Assembly (NCBI GenBank): GCA_963796055.1
Contig: CAWCKH010000004.1
Location: 96,001 to 160,000 of the forward strand
Reading direction: 5' to 3'
Origin: an uncultured delta proteobacterium
GTDB lineage: Bacteria > Myxococcota > Myxococcia > Myxococcales > Myxococcaceae
Length of the DNA: 64,000 nucleotides
The translations under genes and the position numbers were made by a program. Shown piece by piece: positions 37,411-50,098 of the stretch. Each line of letters starts with the position of its first letter. Position 1 is the first letter of the stretch. The notes beneath the pieces were generated by a model, which saw only the letters and a program-made list of their open reading frames with translations, did no database searches and was not told the DNA's origin.

Positions 37411-38759
37411 CACGCGCGCTCGACCTGCTCCGCGGCCGCGCGCCCTCCGAGCAGCGCGTCCTCCATCGACGAGTACTCCCAGTTCCCGTAGCGGCCAGCG
37501 GTGCGAATGCCCACGCCGGACAGGAAGTCGATCACCCTCTGGCGGGCCGGTCCGTAGTGGGCGTCGTACAGCACGTAGGCGTTCCGGATGACGCGCGGCT
37601 CGGTGAAGAGCACGTCGGCCGCGCCGTGGATCATCTTCGCACGGACCAGGTCCTCCACCGCCGCCCGGGCGCAGGCCTGGGGGGAGCGGGGCCCGGAGTA
37701 CTCCACGTAGAACGACGAGGTCCCCTCCGGCGCCGTGCCGGGGAAGACCGCCGAGGGGGAGCCGATGCGGTAGGTCGTGAACTCGGGCTCGGGCGTGTAC
37801 ACCCAGTGCCAGGGCTGGAGGTTGGGCCCGCGCACCCCCACCGCCACCCAGGTGACGTCGGTCGCCCGGAGCTTCCCGGCCGCGGCACGTACCTCGTCGG
37901 GCACCCGGTGGAGCAGATCGACCAGGAGCGGCAGCGGCAACGTCGACACCAGCGCCGACCAGTGGACCTCGCTGCCATCCGAGAGACGGGCCAGCCGGCG
38001 CTCCCAGTCGAGCGCCACGGGCTCCGTTCCGACCCGGACCTCGTTGGCCGGAGCCAGCGAGGCCACCGAGCCCGTCGAGCCCACGGTGACCTCCCGGAAG
38101 AGCGCCCGGGCGAGCGCCTCGATGCCGCCCTGCTTCGGGTACACGAACGTCGCGTTGTAGCCGAGCGCGTCCGAGCCGAGCCCCAGCGCTCCGTCCACCA
38201 CCTCGCGCAGCGTCGGCTTCGGCACGAACCGCCCACACCAGGCGGCGCTCAGCTCGCGCGGCGGCACGCCGAAGAGCTTGGTGTTGTACGGCACCATGAA
38301 GTTCTTCGCGAAGCCCGCCCCGAGATGGCGGAGGATGAACTCCTCGAAGTTGGCCGGTTCCCGCTCGCGCAGCGCCCGGCCGCCCTCCCCCACCGTGGCC
38401 TCCACGAAGCCCAGGAGGTTCTCCGCCACCACCTCGGCCGGCAGACCATGGGTGTTCACCTGGTAGGGAAACCGGGTGAACACGCCCCGGGTGAAGACCG
38501 CCGCTCTCCTGGCGACGGTCACCAGCCCACCCGGGAGCAGCCGCTCGTGCACCAGGGCCTTCATTTCCGGGTCCCGGAGGTGGAGCCAGTGGCCGGTGGG
38601 GTCGAAGCGGAAGCCGCCGTGCATCGTCTCGGTGCGGACCAGCCCGCCGACGCGTGACTCCTTCTCCACCAGCAGCCACGGCCGGTGGAGGTGGAACGCG
38701 GTGGAGAGCCCGGCGAGGCCGCCGCCGAGGATGAGCACGGGCTCGATGTGGGTGTTCAC
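37410..38759 (-). CDS. FAD-dependent oxidoreductase (UDP-galactopyranose mutase / protoporphyrinogen oxidase-like)
   Basis: ILGGGLAGLS, EKE..VGG..RT, FD.TGHWLH, PYN.K, F.YP..GG, AGRYGNWEYSSMEDA. Confidence 0.85.
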   Translation of the reverse strand: MNTHIEPVLILGGGLAGLSTAFHLHRPWLLVEKESRVGGLVRTETMHGGFRFDPTGHWLHLRDPEMKALVHERLLPGGLVTVARRAAVFTRGVFTRFPYQVNTHGLPAEVVAENLLGFVEATVGEGGRALREREPANFEEFILRHLGAGFAKNFMVPYNTKLFGVPPRELSAAWCGRFVPKPTLREVVDGALGLGSDALGYNATFVYPKQGGIEALARALFREVTVGSTGSVASLAPANEVRVGTEPVALDWERRLARLSDGSEVHWSALVSTLPLPLLVDLLHRVPDEVRAAAGKLRATDVTWVAVGVRGPNLQPWHWVYTPEPEFTTYRIGSPSAVFPGTAPEGTSSFYVEYSGPRSPQACARAAVEDLVRAKMIHGAADVLFTEPRVIRNAYVLYDAHYGPARQRVIDFLSGVGIRTAGRYGNWEYSSMEDALLGGRAAAEQVERA

Positions 38760-38828
38760 GCTCACGGCTCGGACGGCTCGCCTAGCACGAGAACTCCCGG
38801 GCAGTCTGCTAGCCTCCGGTCTCTCCCC

Positions 38829-44029
<5,201 letters not shown>

Positions 44030-44038
44030 GCCCCCTGG

Positions 44039-44066
44039 TTGCAACGGAGGCCGAATCGAGTATGAA
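44039..44066 (+). promoter_or_regulatory. Possible sigma-70 promoter for the tRNA cluster
   Basis: TTGCAA-N16-TATGAA, 27 nt upstream of the first tRNA. Confidence 0.4.
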
Positions 44067-44093
44067 GGCGGCCCTTTTCGGCCGTCCTGCCTG

Positions 44094-44180
44094 GGAGGAA
44101 TGGCCGAGCGGCTGAAGGCAGCGGTCTTGAAAACCGCCAAGGGTTCACGCCCTTCGTAGGTTCGAATCCTACTTCCTCCG
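44094..44180 (+). tRNA. tRNA-Ser (anticodon TGA)
   Basis: Acceptor GGAGGAA/TTCCTCC, anticodon arm GCGGT-CT TGA AA-ACCGC, long variable arm, GTTCGAATC; CCA not encoded. Confidence 0.96.
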
Positions 44181-44213
44181 TCGAGCGGTGGTTCTTTGAG
44201 TGGTCGCAGGTTT

Positions 44214-44300
44214 GGAGAGATGGCCGAGAGGCTGAAGGCACAGGTTTGCTAAACCTGCATATCCGAAAGGGTATCGAGGGTTCGAATCCCTCTCTCTCCG
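44214..44300 (+). tRNA. tRNA-Ser (anticodon GCT)
   Basis: GGAGAGA/TCTCTCC, CAGGT-TT GCT AA-ACCTG, long variable arm, T-loop. Confidence 0.96.
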
Positions 44301-44338
44301 TTGCAAGGTGGTGTCCGAGAGGGTAGGAGGCCGCTCGC

Positions 44339-44350
44339 TGCTCTTTGAAA
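44339..44350 (+). promoter_or_regulatory. boxA-like antitermination element
   Basis: TGCTCTTTGAAA in a tRNA spacer; second copy GTTCTTTGAG at 44191-44200. Confidence 0.55.
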
Positions 44351-44364
44351 TCCCCGCCTGGTAC

Positions 44365-44441
44365 GCGCCCTTAGCTCAGTTGGATAGAGCGTCGGACTAC
44401 GAATCCGAAGGCCAGAGGTTCAAATCCTCTAGGGCGCGCCA
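44365..44441 (+). tRNA. tRNA-Arg (anticodon ACG)
   Basis: GCGCCCT/AGGGCGC, TCGGA-CT ACG AA-TCCGA, GTTCAAATC, encoded CCA. Confidence 0.97.
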
Positions 44442-44460
44442 TTTCCCCCCTCGATCCCCG

Positions 44461-44928
44461 ATGGAAGACGACGACGAGCGGTGCATGCGCGAGGCACTCC
44501 GGCTGGCCGACGAGGCCGCGGCCCTCGGCGAGGTGCCGGTCGGCGCCGTCGCCGTGCACGAGGGCGTGGTCGTCGGCCGTGGGTCGAACCGCCGCGAGAC
44601 CGACCGCGACCCGTTCGCTCACGCCGAGATGCGCGCACTCTCCGAAGCTGCCCGGGTGCTCGGCCGGTGGCGGCTATCGGGCGTGTCGCTGATCGTCACC
44701 CTCGAGCCGTGCTCGCTGTGTGTCGGTGCGGCGCTGCAGGCCCGGGTCGACCGGATCGTCTACGGCGCACCGAGCCCGAAGGCCGGAGCGCTCGGAGGGC
44801 TGTTCGACCTGAACGCCCTGCCCCACAATCACCGGCTCGAGGTCCGGCGGGGCGTGCTGGAGGCCGAGTGCGGGGAGCGGCTGACCCGGTTCTTCCAGGG
44901 TCTGCGGGGGCGGGACGTTGAAAACTGA
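44461..44928 (+). CDS. tadA: tRNA-specific adenosine-34 deaminase
   Basis: GEVPVGAV, AHAE, WRL, VTLEPCSLC.GA, NH, FF..LR. Confidence 0.93.
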   Translation: MEDDDERCMREALRLADEAAALGEVPVGAVAVHEGVVVGRGSNRRETDRDPFAHAEMRALSEAARVLGRWRLSGVSLIVTLEPCSLCVGAALQARVDRIVYGAPSPKAGALGGLFDLNALPHNHRLEVRRGVLEAECGERLTRFFQGLRGRDVEN

Positions 44929-44934
44929 ATCGCT

Positions 44935-45021
44935 GGAGAGCTGGCCGAGTGGTCGAAGGCACCTGACTCGAAATCAGGCGTACCGGCAACGGTACCGTAG
45001 GTTCGAATCCTACGCTCTCCG
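44935..45021 (+). tRNA. tRNA-Ser (anticodon CGA)
   Basis: GGAGAGC/GCTCTCC, CCTGA-CT CGA AA-TCAGG, variable arm with GCAA loop, T-loop. Confidence 0.96.
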
Positions 45022-45027
45022 CTCGCT

Positions 45028-45114
45028 GGAGAGGTGGCCGAGCGGTTGAAGGCACACGCCTGGAACGCGTGCATATCTGAAAGGGTATCGTGGGTTCGAA
45101 TCCCACCCTCTCCG
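45028..45114 (+). tRNA. tRNA-Ser (anticodon GGA)
   Basis: GGAGAGG/CCTCTCC, CACGC-CT GGA AC-GCGTG, variable arm, T-loop. Confidence 0.96.
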
Positions 45115-45144
45115 CTGCTAAGGAGCTCTGGAGCAACAGCTTGT

Positions 45145-45224
45145 GGTCGGGACGACGCGGGGACGTGAACCCCGCCAGATCCGGAAGGAAGCAACGGTAG
45201 CGCACCTTCGCGTGTGTCCCGGCC
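45145..45224 (+). ncRNA. ffs: Signal recognition particle RNA (small 4.5S type); ends approximate
   Basis: Domain IV motif CAGATCCGGAAGGAAGCAAC with GGAA tetraloop; closing stem GGTCGGGAC/GTCCCGGCC; upstream of dnaX. Confidence 0.92.
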
Positions 45225-45284
45225 GTTCCCATCTCGTCGGTCCGTTCGCATCTTCGGGGCTCTCCCCCGGAGGTGCGGACGGAC

Positions 45285-45632
45285 ATGGCGGACACCAGCG
45301 TCACCAAGGTCGACGGCGAGAAGAGCCCGGTCGGGCGCATGGGACAGCGGTATCTCGCCTCGGGAGTTCGGCTCTCGATGCGGCTGTGGCTCGATGAGGA
45401 GCCCGGCGAGGCAAAGCCCGCGGTGCGGAGGGACTACGAGACGGTCGGGTACGTGCTGCGGGGGCGGGCCGAGCTGACCCTCGAGGGGCAGACCGTGCGG
45501 CTCGAGCCCGGGGACAGCTGGGTGGTGCCGAAGGGCGCCGAGCACAGCTACCGGATCCTCGAGACCTTCTCCGCGGTGGAGGCCACCAGCCCGCCGGCGG
45601 AGGTGCACGGGCGAGACGAGGAGGCGCGCTGA
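45285..45632 (+). CDS. Cupin domain protein
   Basis: YETVGYVL.G.AEL..EGQ...L.PGDSW.VPKGA.H.Y; GGAGG RBS. Confidence 0.9.
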   Translation: MADTSVTKVDGEKSPVGRMGQRYLASGVRLSMRLWLDEEPGEAKPAVRRDYETVGYVLRGRAELTLEGQTVRLEPGDSWVVPKGAEHSYRILETFSAVEATSPPAEVHGRDEEAR

Positions 45633-45670
45633 ACAGGGGCGCTGGCGCGCGGCCGTCATCCGAGCGGTTT

Positions 45671-47122
45671 TCAGCGGCCCAGGATCGTCTCGCGTCCATC
45701 GCGCCCGAGGATCCGGAACCCGGAGGCCTGCAGCTCGGCCAGCGCGCGGTCCTCGAACGTCACCACCCGGTTGAAGCGCCGGTCACGCATCGCCACCTGG
45801 AACGCGCCGTCCTGCGGCCAGTCGCAGGTGAGCCAGGGGATGCGCTTCCCCACGTAGAAGAAGCCACCCGAGCCCCAGAGCCCCTCGTTCACGATGAGCA
45901 GCCCGGTGACCTCCGCCGGCCGGGTCGCCTTGACGATTGCCCGGAACTCATCGCCGCGCAGGTCGCGGTACGGCGCCGCCGAGAAGACCGTCAGCAGCAG
46001 GGCGACGGCCGCCAGCCCGACGCGGTGCCACATCGCCCGGAGTCGCTCGAGCAGCGCAGCCAGCCCCGGCGCCGCCTCGGCGACCAGCAGCGCCTCCACC
46101 GGATAGAGGAAGCGCTCCTCCTTGTGCGTCGTCTGTAGAAGCGCCACGAGCATGAGGGCCGCCATCGCTCCGGCCACGCCCACCCGCGGCCGTAGCCATG
46201 CCACCCCGAGCACGAGCGCTGGCCACACCCAGAGGGGCACCTGCTTCCACAGGAACGGCCAGTAGTAGCCAGGCGGTTCCGCTCCGAACGTCCGCGCCGC
46301 CCCGCTGCTCCCCACGTTGAAGGTGAACCACGCCCGGACCGAGTGCCACGGCGCCCCCCAGCTCGCCCAGTCCAGCGCCCCCAGCCCGAGCAGCACGACT
46401 CCGAGCCCGACCGCCGCCCACCCGAGCAGCGCCCAGCGACGCCACGCTGCCACCCAGGCCAGCGCCGCCGCCACCGCCGGCAGCGAGCCGTAGCGCACCA
46501 CGAAGGCCAGCCCGAGTGCGGCGCCGCCCAGCAGCCCGGTGGAACGCGGACGCTCCTCCCGGCAGAGCGCCTCCGCGGCGACGAGCAGCAGCGCCACCGA
46601 GAGCGCCTCGCCCAGCGTCCGTCCCGCGACCACCACGAAGACCGGGAGGCAGCCGAGCGCGAACACCGTCACCCACCCGCCCGGCACCCCCGCCCGGCGC
46701 CTGCCGAGCCGCGCCGCCGCGACCAGCCCCCAAGCCTGCAACGCCCAGAGCGGAACCGCGATGAGCCCCCGCGCCACCCAGGGATCCGTCAGCCCCAGCC
46801 AGCCGCCCACCCGGAGCACCGCCGCCAGCACCAGCGGTACCGCCCAGTTTCGCAGGCCCTGCTTCCACTCCCAGGCCAGCACGCCGTAGCCGTGCACCCG
46901 CGCGTACGCCGGCTCGAGGAACTGGTACACCTCGTCCGGGTGCAGGCGGCCGAGCACCGCCACCGCTGCCACCGCCGGCACCAGCGCCAGGACCACCGCC
47001 CAGCGCGCGGGGGTCACCCACCGCCACTGCGGGGCGTCGAGCACGCCTCCGGCTGGCACGCCAGCCGCGCGTCCGGGCTCGGTCCGCCCGGGTGGAAACG
47101 GTGCAGCTTCGGCGTCGGTCAC
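45671..47122 (-). CDS. GT-C fold mannosyltransferase-like membrane protein (Alg9/PIG-B, GT22-like)
   Basis: HPDEVYQ.LEPA, WEW..GLR, HKEERFLYP; many TM helices; start uncertain. Confidence 0.85.
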   Translation of the reverse strand: MTDAEAAPFPPGRTEPGRAAGVPAGGVLDAPQWRWVTPARWAVVLALVPAVAAVAVLGRLHPDEVYQFLEPAYARVHGYGVLAWEWKQGLRNWAVPLVLAAVLRVGGWLGLTDPWVARGLIAVPLWALQAWGLVAAARLGRRRAGVPGGWVTVFALGCLPVFVVVAGRTLGEALSVALLLVAAEALCREERPRSTGLLGGAALGLAFVVRYGSLPAVAAALAWVAAWRRWALLGWAAVGLGVVLLGLGALDWASWGAPWHSVRAWFTFNVGSSGAARTFGAEPPGYYWPFLWKQVPLWVWPALVLGVAWLRPRVGVAGAMAALMLVALLQTTHKEERFLYPVEALLVAEAAPGLAALLERLRAMWHRVGLAAVALLLTVFSAAPYRDLRGDEFRAIVKATRPAEVTGLLIVNEGLWGSGGFFYVGKRIPWLTCDWPQDGAFQVAMRDRRFNRVVTFEDRALAELQASGFRILGRDGRETILGR

Positions 47123-47137
47123 GCTCGGCCGGCCAGT

Positions 47138-47166
47138 GTAGACGCTGGGAGTGGCGCTGTTACATT
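47138..47166 (+). promoter_or_regulatory. Putative sigma-70 promoter of dnaX
   Basis: TAGACG-N16-TACATT with extended -10 TGn, 12 nt before the ATG. Confidence 0.45.
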
Positions 47167-47178
47167 GGCCGGCTCCAC

Positions 47179-48396
47179 ATGGGCTACCTCGTACTGGCGC
47201 GGAAGTGGCGCCCCCAGACCTTCGACGACATGACCGGCCAGGAGCACGTGGTCCGCACGGTGGCCAATGCCATCAAGCTGGACCGGGTCGCCCACGCCTA
47301 CCTCTTCTGCGGCCCCCGCGGCGTCGGCAAGACCACCGCCGCCCGCCTCCTCGCCAAGGCCCTCAACTGCGTGAACGGCCCCACCGCCACCCCCTGCGGC
47401 GTCTGCCAGCCCTGCGTGGAGATCGCCGCCGGCACCTCGGTGGACGTCGCCGAGATCGACGGCGCCTCCAACAACGGCGTGGAGAACGTCCGGGAGATCC
47501 GCGAGAACGCCAAGTACCTGCCCCAGCGCGACCGGCACAAGATCTACATCATCGACGAGGTGCACATGCTCTCGGGAGCGGCGTTCAACGCGCTGCTCAA
47601 GACGCTCGAGGAGCCGCCGGGACACGTGAAGTTCATCTTCGCCACCACCGAGCCCCACAAGCTCCCGGACACCATCCTCTCCCGCTGCCAGCGCCACGAC
47701 TTCCGGCGCATCCCGGCCGAGCGGATGCTCGCCCGCGTGAAGCAGATCGCCACCGAGGAGAAGGCCGGCCTGTCCGACGCCTCGCTCGCCCTCATCGTCC
47801 GCCAGGCCGAGGGTGGGATGCGCGACGCCCTCTCCCTCCTCGACCAGGTGATGTCCGCCTGCGGGCCGGGCGCCAGCGACGCCGCCGTGGCCGAGGCCCT
47901 CGGGGCCATCGACCGCACCGTGGTCCAGCAGATGGCCGCCGCGCTCGTCCGCCGCGACGCGAAGGCCCTCCTCGATTCGGTCGAGGACCTCTTTCAGCGT
48001 GGAGCCGACCTGCGCCGGCTGGCCGAGGAGCTCGCGCTCGAGCTCCGCCACGTGCTCGTCACCCGCGCCACCGGCAAGCCCCCCGCCGAGCTGGCCGAGG
48101 TGGAGCAGAAGATGGTCGTCGAGCTCGCCCGCGAGGCCGACCCGGCACAGCTCGCGCGCCTGTTCGACGTGGTGCACGGTTCGGTCTGGGACGTCGGCCG
48201 CGCCGCGCAGCCCCGGCTCGCGCTGGAGATGGCTCTCCTCAAGGCCATCCAGCTCGCCCCCACCGCCTCCATCCCCGAGCTGCTCACCCGGGTGGAGAAG
48301 CTCCTCGGCACAGGCGCCGCGCCCGATGCGCGTGCGGCCGCCCGGCCCGGCGGGACGCCTGGAGGTCGTCCCGCTCCCCAGCCCTTTCGCGGCTGA
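47179..48396 (+). CDS. dnaX: DNA polymerase III gamma/tau, zero-frame part (gamma-sized, 405 aa)
   Basis: YLVLARKWRPQTF, GPRGVGKTT, Zn module, EIDGASN, IIDEVHML, NALLKTLEEPP, SRC, GGMRDALSLLDQ. Confidence 0.97.
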   Translation: MGYLVLARKWRPQTFDDMTGQEHVVRTVANAIKLDRVAHAYLFCGPRGVGKTTAARLLAKALNCVNGPTATPCGVCQPCVEIAAGTSVDVAEIDGASNNGVENVREIRENAKYLPQRDRHKIYIIDEVHMLSGAAFNALLKTLEEPPGHVKFIFATTEPHKLPDTILSRCQRHDFRRIPAERMLARVKQIATEEKAGLSDASLALIVRQAEGGMRDALSLLDQVMSACGPGASDAAVAEALGAIDRTVVQQMAAALVRRDAKALLDSVEDLFQRGADLRRLAEELALELRHVLVTRATGKPPAELAEVEQKMVVELAREADPAQLARLFDVVHGSVWDVGRAAQPRLALEMALLKAIQLAPTASIPELLTRVEKLLGTGAAPDARAAARPGGTPGGRPAPQPFRG

Positions 48397-49153
48397 GCCG
48401 GCTGCCGCGCGCGCCGCACCCGTCTCGGCCCCCCGCGCGAACGCCGTCCGGTCCTCGCCCGCCGTCGACCCTTCCCCGAAGCCCGCTTCCACCCCGGCAC
48501 CATCTCGCCCTGCCCCCGCCGCCACGCCGTCGACCGACGCCGCCCGACCCGGCTCGAAGACCAGCGCATCCGAGACCCGCGCGCCGACACCGAGACCGGC
48601 CGATGCCCCGCTGGTGGTCGACACCAGCCCTGGTGGCTGTGCCGCGGGTGAATGCCTGCCGGAGCCTGCTGCGCCGGCCCGCGGACGGGACGATCCGTCG
48701 CGCTCGCTCCTCGACCGCTGGCGCACCGCGCTCGACACCGTGGCCGCGGAGTCGCCCCGGCACTCGGCCTCGCTGAAGCAGGCCCGGCTCCTCTACCTCC
48801 GCGAGGGCGAGGTCGGAGTCGCCTACCGCGGCGACGCCAGCTTCCATCGCACCACCGTCAGCGGGCAGAGCGGGCGGCCGGTGGTGGAGCGCCTGCTCTC
48901 GGTCCACTTCGGACGGCCCACCCGCCTGGTGGTGGACGAGACCGCGGGGGCGGCCGCGGGTGGAAAGAGCATCGCGGAGCTGGACGCCGACGCCCGCGCC
49001 GAGCACGAGCGCGCCACCGGACAGTCCGTCCGCAACCACCCCGCCATCCTCGCCACCCTCCGCGTCCTCGGCGGCGAGCTGGAGCACATCCAGGTCCTCG
49101 AGCACGAGCGCACCGGCGCCCCCGGCAGCGACGTCATCGACGAGCAGCCCTGA
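48389..49153 (+). CDS. dnaX: Tau-specific C-terminal extension of DnaX in the +1 frame (Pro/Ala linker plus C-terminal domain)
   Basis: No ATG/RBS of its own; P/A linker, then RWRTALD.V...SASLKQARL and VRNHPAI...LRVLGGEL; fills the gap between dnaX and ybaB. Confidence 0.75.
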   Translation, partial: AAEPAAARAAPVSAPRANAVRSSPAVDPSPKPASTPAPSRPAPAATPSTDAARPGSKTSASETRAPTPRPADAPLVVDTSPGGCAAGECLPEPAAPARGRDDPSRSLLDRWRTALDTVAAESPRHSASLKQARLLYLREGEVGVAYRGDASFHRTTVSGQSGRPVVERLLSVHFGRPTRLVVDETAGAAAGGKSIAELDADARAEHERATGQSVRNHPAILATLRVLGGELEHIQVLEHERTGAPGSDVIDEQP

Positions 49154-49172
49154 CCAGAGCACGGAGCCAGCC

Positions 49173-49493
49173 ATGCCCGGAGTCGATCTCAACTACTTCA
49201 TGCGCCAGGCCAGCAAGCTGACCGAGAAGCTCGAGCAGCGGAAGAAGGAGCTGGCCGAGGAGACGGTCGAGGGCCAGGCCGGCGACGGTCGGGTCAAGGT
49301 CGTCGCCACCGGCGCGGGGGACGTCCGCTCGATCAAGATTGCCCCGGAGGTCCTCACCGCCGGCGACGTGGCGATGATGGAGGACCTCATCGCCGCCGCG
49401 GTCAACGCCGCCCTCACCCAGGCTCGCGAGCTCAGCGAGCGCGAGCTGGGGAAGATCTCCGGCGGTCTGAAGATTCCCGGAATCACCGGATGA
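49173..49493 (+). CDS. ybaB: YbaB/EbfC nucleoid-associated protein
   Basis: VEGQAGDG.VKV...G......I.I, MMEDLIAAAVN.A; dnaX-ybaB-recR synteny. Confidence 0.93.
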   Translation: MPGVDLNYFMRQASKLTEKLEQRKKELAEETVEGQAGDGRVKVVATGAGDVRSIKIAPEVLTAGDVAMMEDLIAAAVNAALTQARELSERELGKISGGLKIPGITG

Positions 49494-50083
49494 CGCCGGA
49501 CCCCCTCAACCGCCTCGTCGCCCAGCTGTCGAAGCTCCCCGGCATCGGGGAGAAGACTGCCCAGCGGCTGGCCTTCCACATCTTGCGAGCACCGCCCGAG
49601 TACGCCGCCGAGCTGGTCGCCGCGCTGCAGGAAGTGAAGAGCAAGGTCCGGCTCTGCAGCCGATGCTTCGCGCTCACCGAGGGACAGCTGTGCGGCTTCT
49701 GCACCGACCCGCGCCGTGACGACCGGCTCCTGTGCGTGGTGGAGGGCATCGCCGACTTGATGGCCCTGGAGAAGACGCGGGAGTTCAAGGGGCGCTACCA
49801 CGTGCTCCACGGCGTGCTGTCGCCGCTGGAGGGCGTGGGCCCGGAGCAGCTGCGGATCCAGGAGCTGCTCGTCCGCCTCGAGGACGGCAAGGTGGAGGAG
49901 GTCATCGTCGCCACCAACCCGGACGTCGAGGGCGAGGCGACGGCGCTCTACTTGATGAGGCTGCTCAAGCCGATGGGCATCCGGATCACCCGGCTTGCCC
50001 AGGGGCTCCCAATGGGCGGCGACCTCGAGTTCGCGGACCAGGCCACCTTGGCCCGCGCACTCTCCGGGCGCAGGGAGCTGTAG
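49490..50083 (+). CDS. recR: Recombination mediator RecR
   Basis: LPGIGEKTAQRLAFH, C4 zinc finger, YHVLHG.LSP, ATNPDVEGEATA, G.DLEFAD. Confidence 0.97.
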   Translation: MTPDPLNRLVAQLSKLPGIGEKTAQRLAFHILRAPPEYAAELVAALQEVKSKVRLCSRCFALTEGQLCGFCTDPRRDDRLLCVVEGIADLMALEKTREFKGRYHVLHGVLSPLEGVGPEQLRIQELLVRLEDGKVEEVIVATNPDVEGEATALYLMRLLKPMGIRITRLAQGLPMGGDLEFADQATLARALSGRREL

Positions 50084-50098
50084 GGACCACCCGGGCAG

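Noticed and set aside
35740..38679. 979-aa track ORF as a natural GT2-deacetylase fusion gene
   Set aside because: Produced by an off-frame 5' part plus the single-base frameshift near 36830; the normal GT2 C-terminus is present in another frame
44307..44332. GGTGGTGTCCGAGAGGGT resembling a tRNA-Ser D-arm remnant
   Set aside because: No anticodon arm, T-arm or acceptor pairing
44094..45114. Prophage or integrative element at the tRNA genes
   Set aside because: No integrase and no duplicated tRNA 3' end noticed in the window
48394..48396. Selenocysteine or stop readthrough of the dnaX UGA
   Set aside because: The zero frame beyond the stop is not tau-like; the plausible continuation is in the +1 frame
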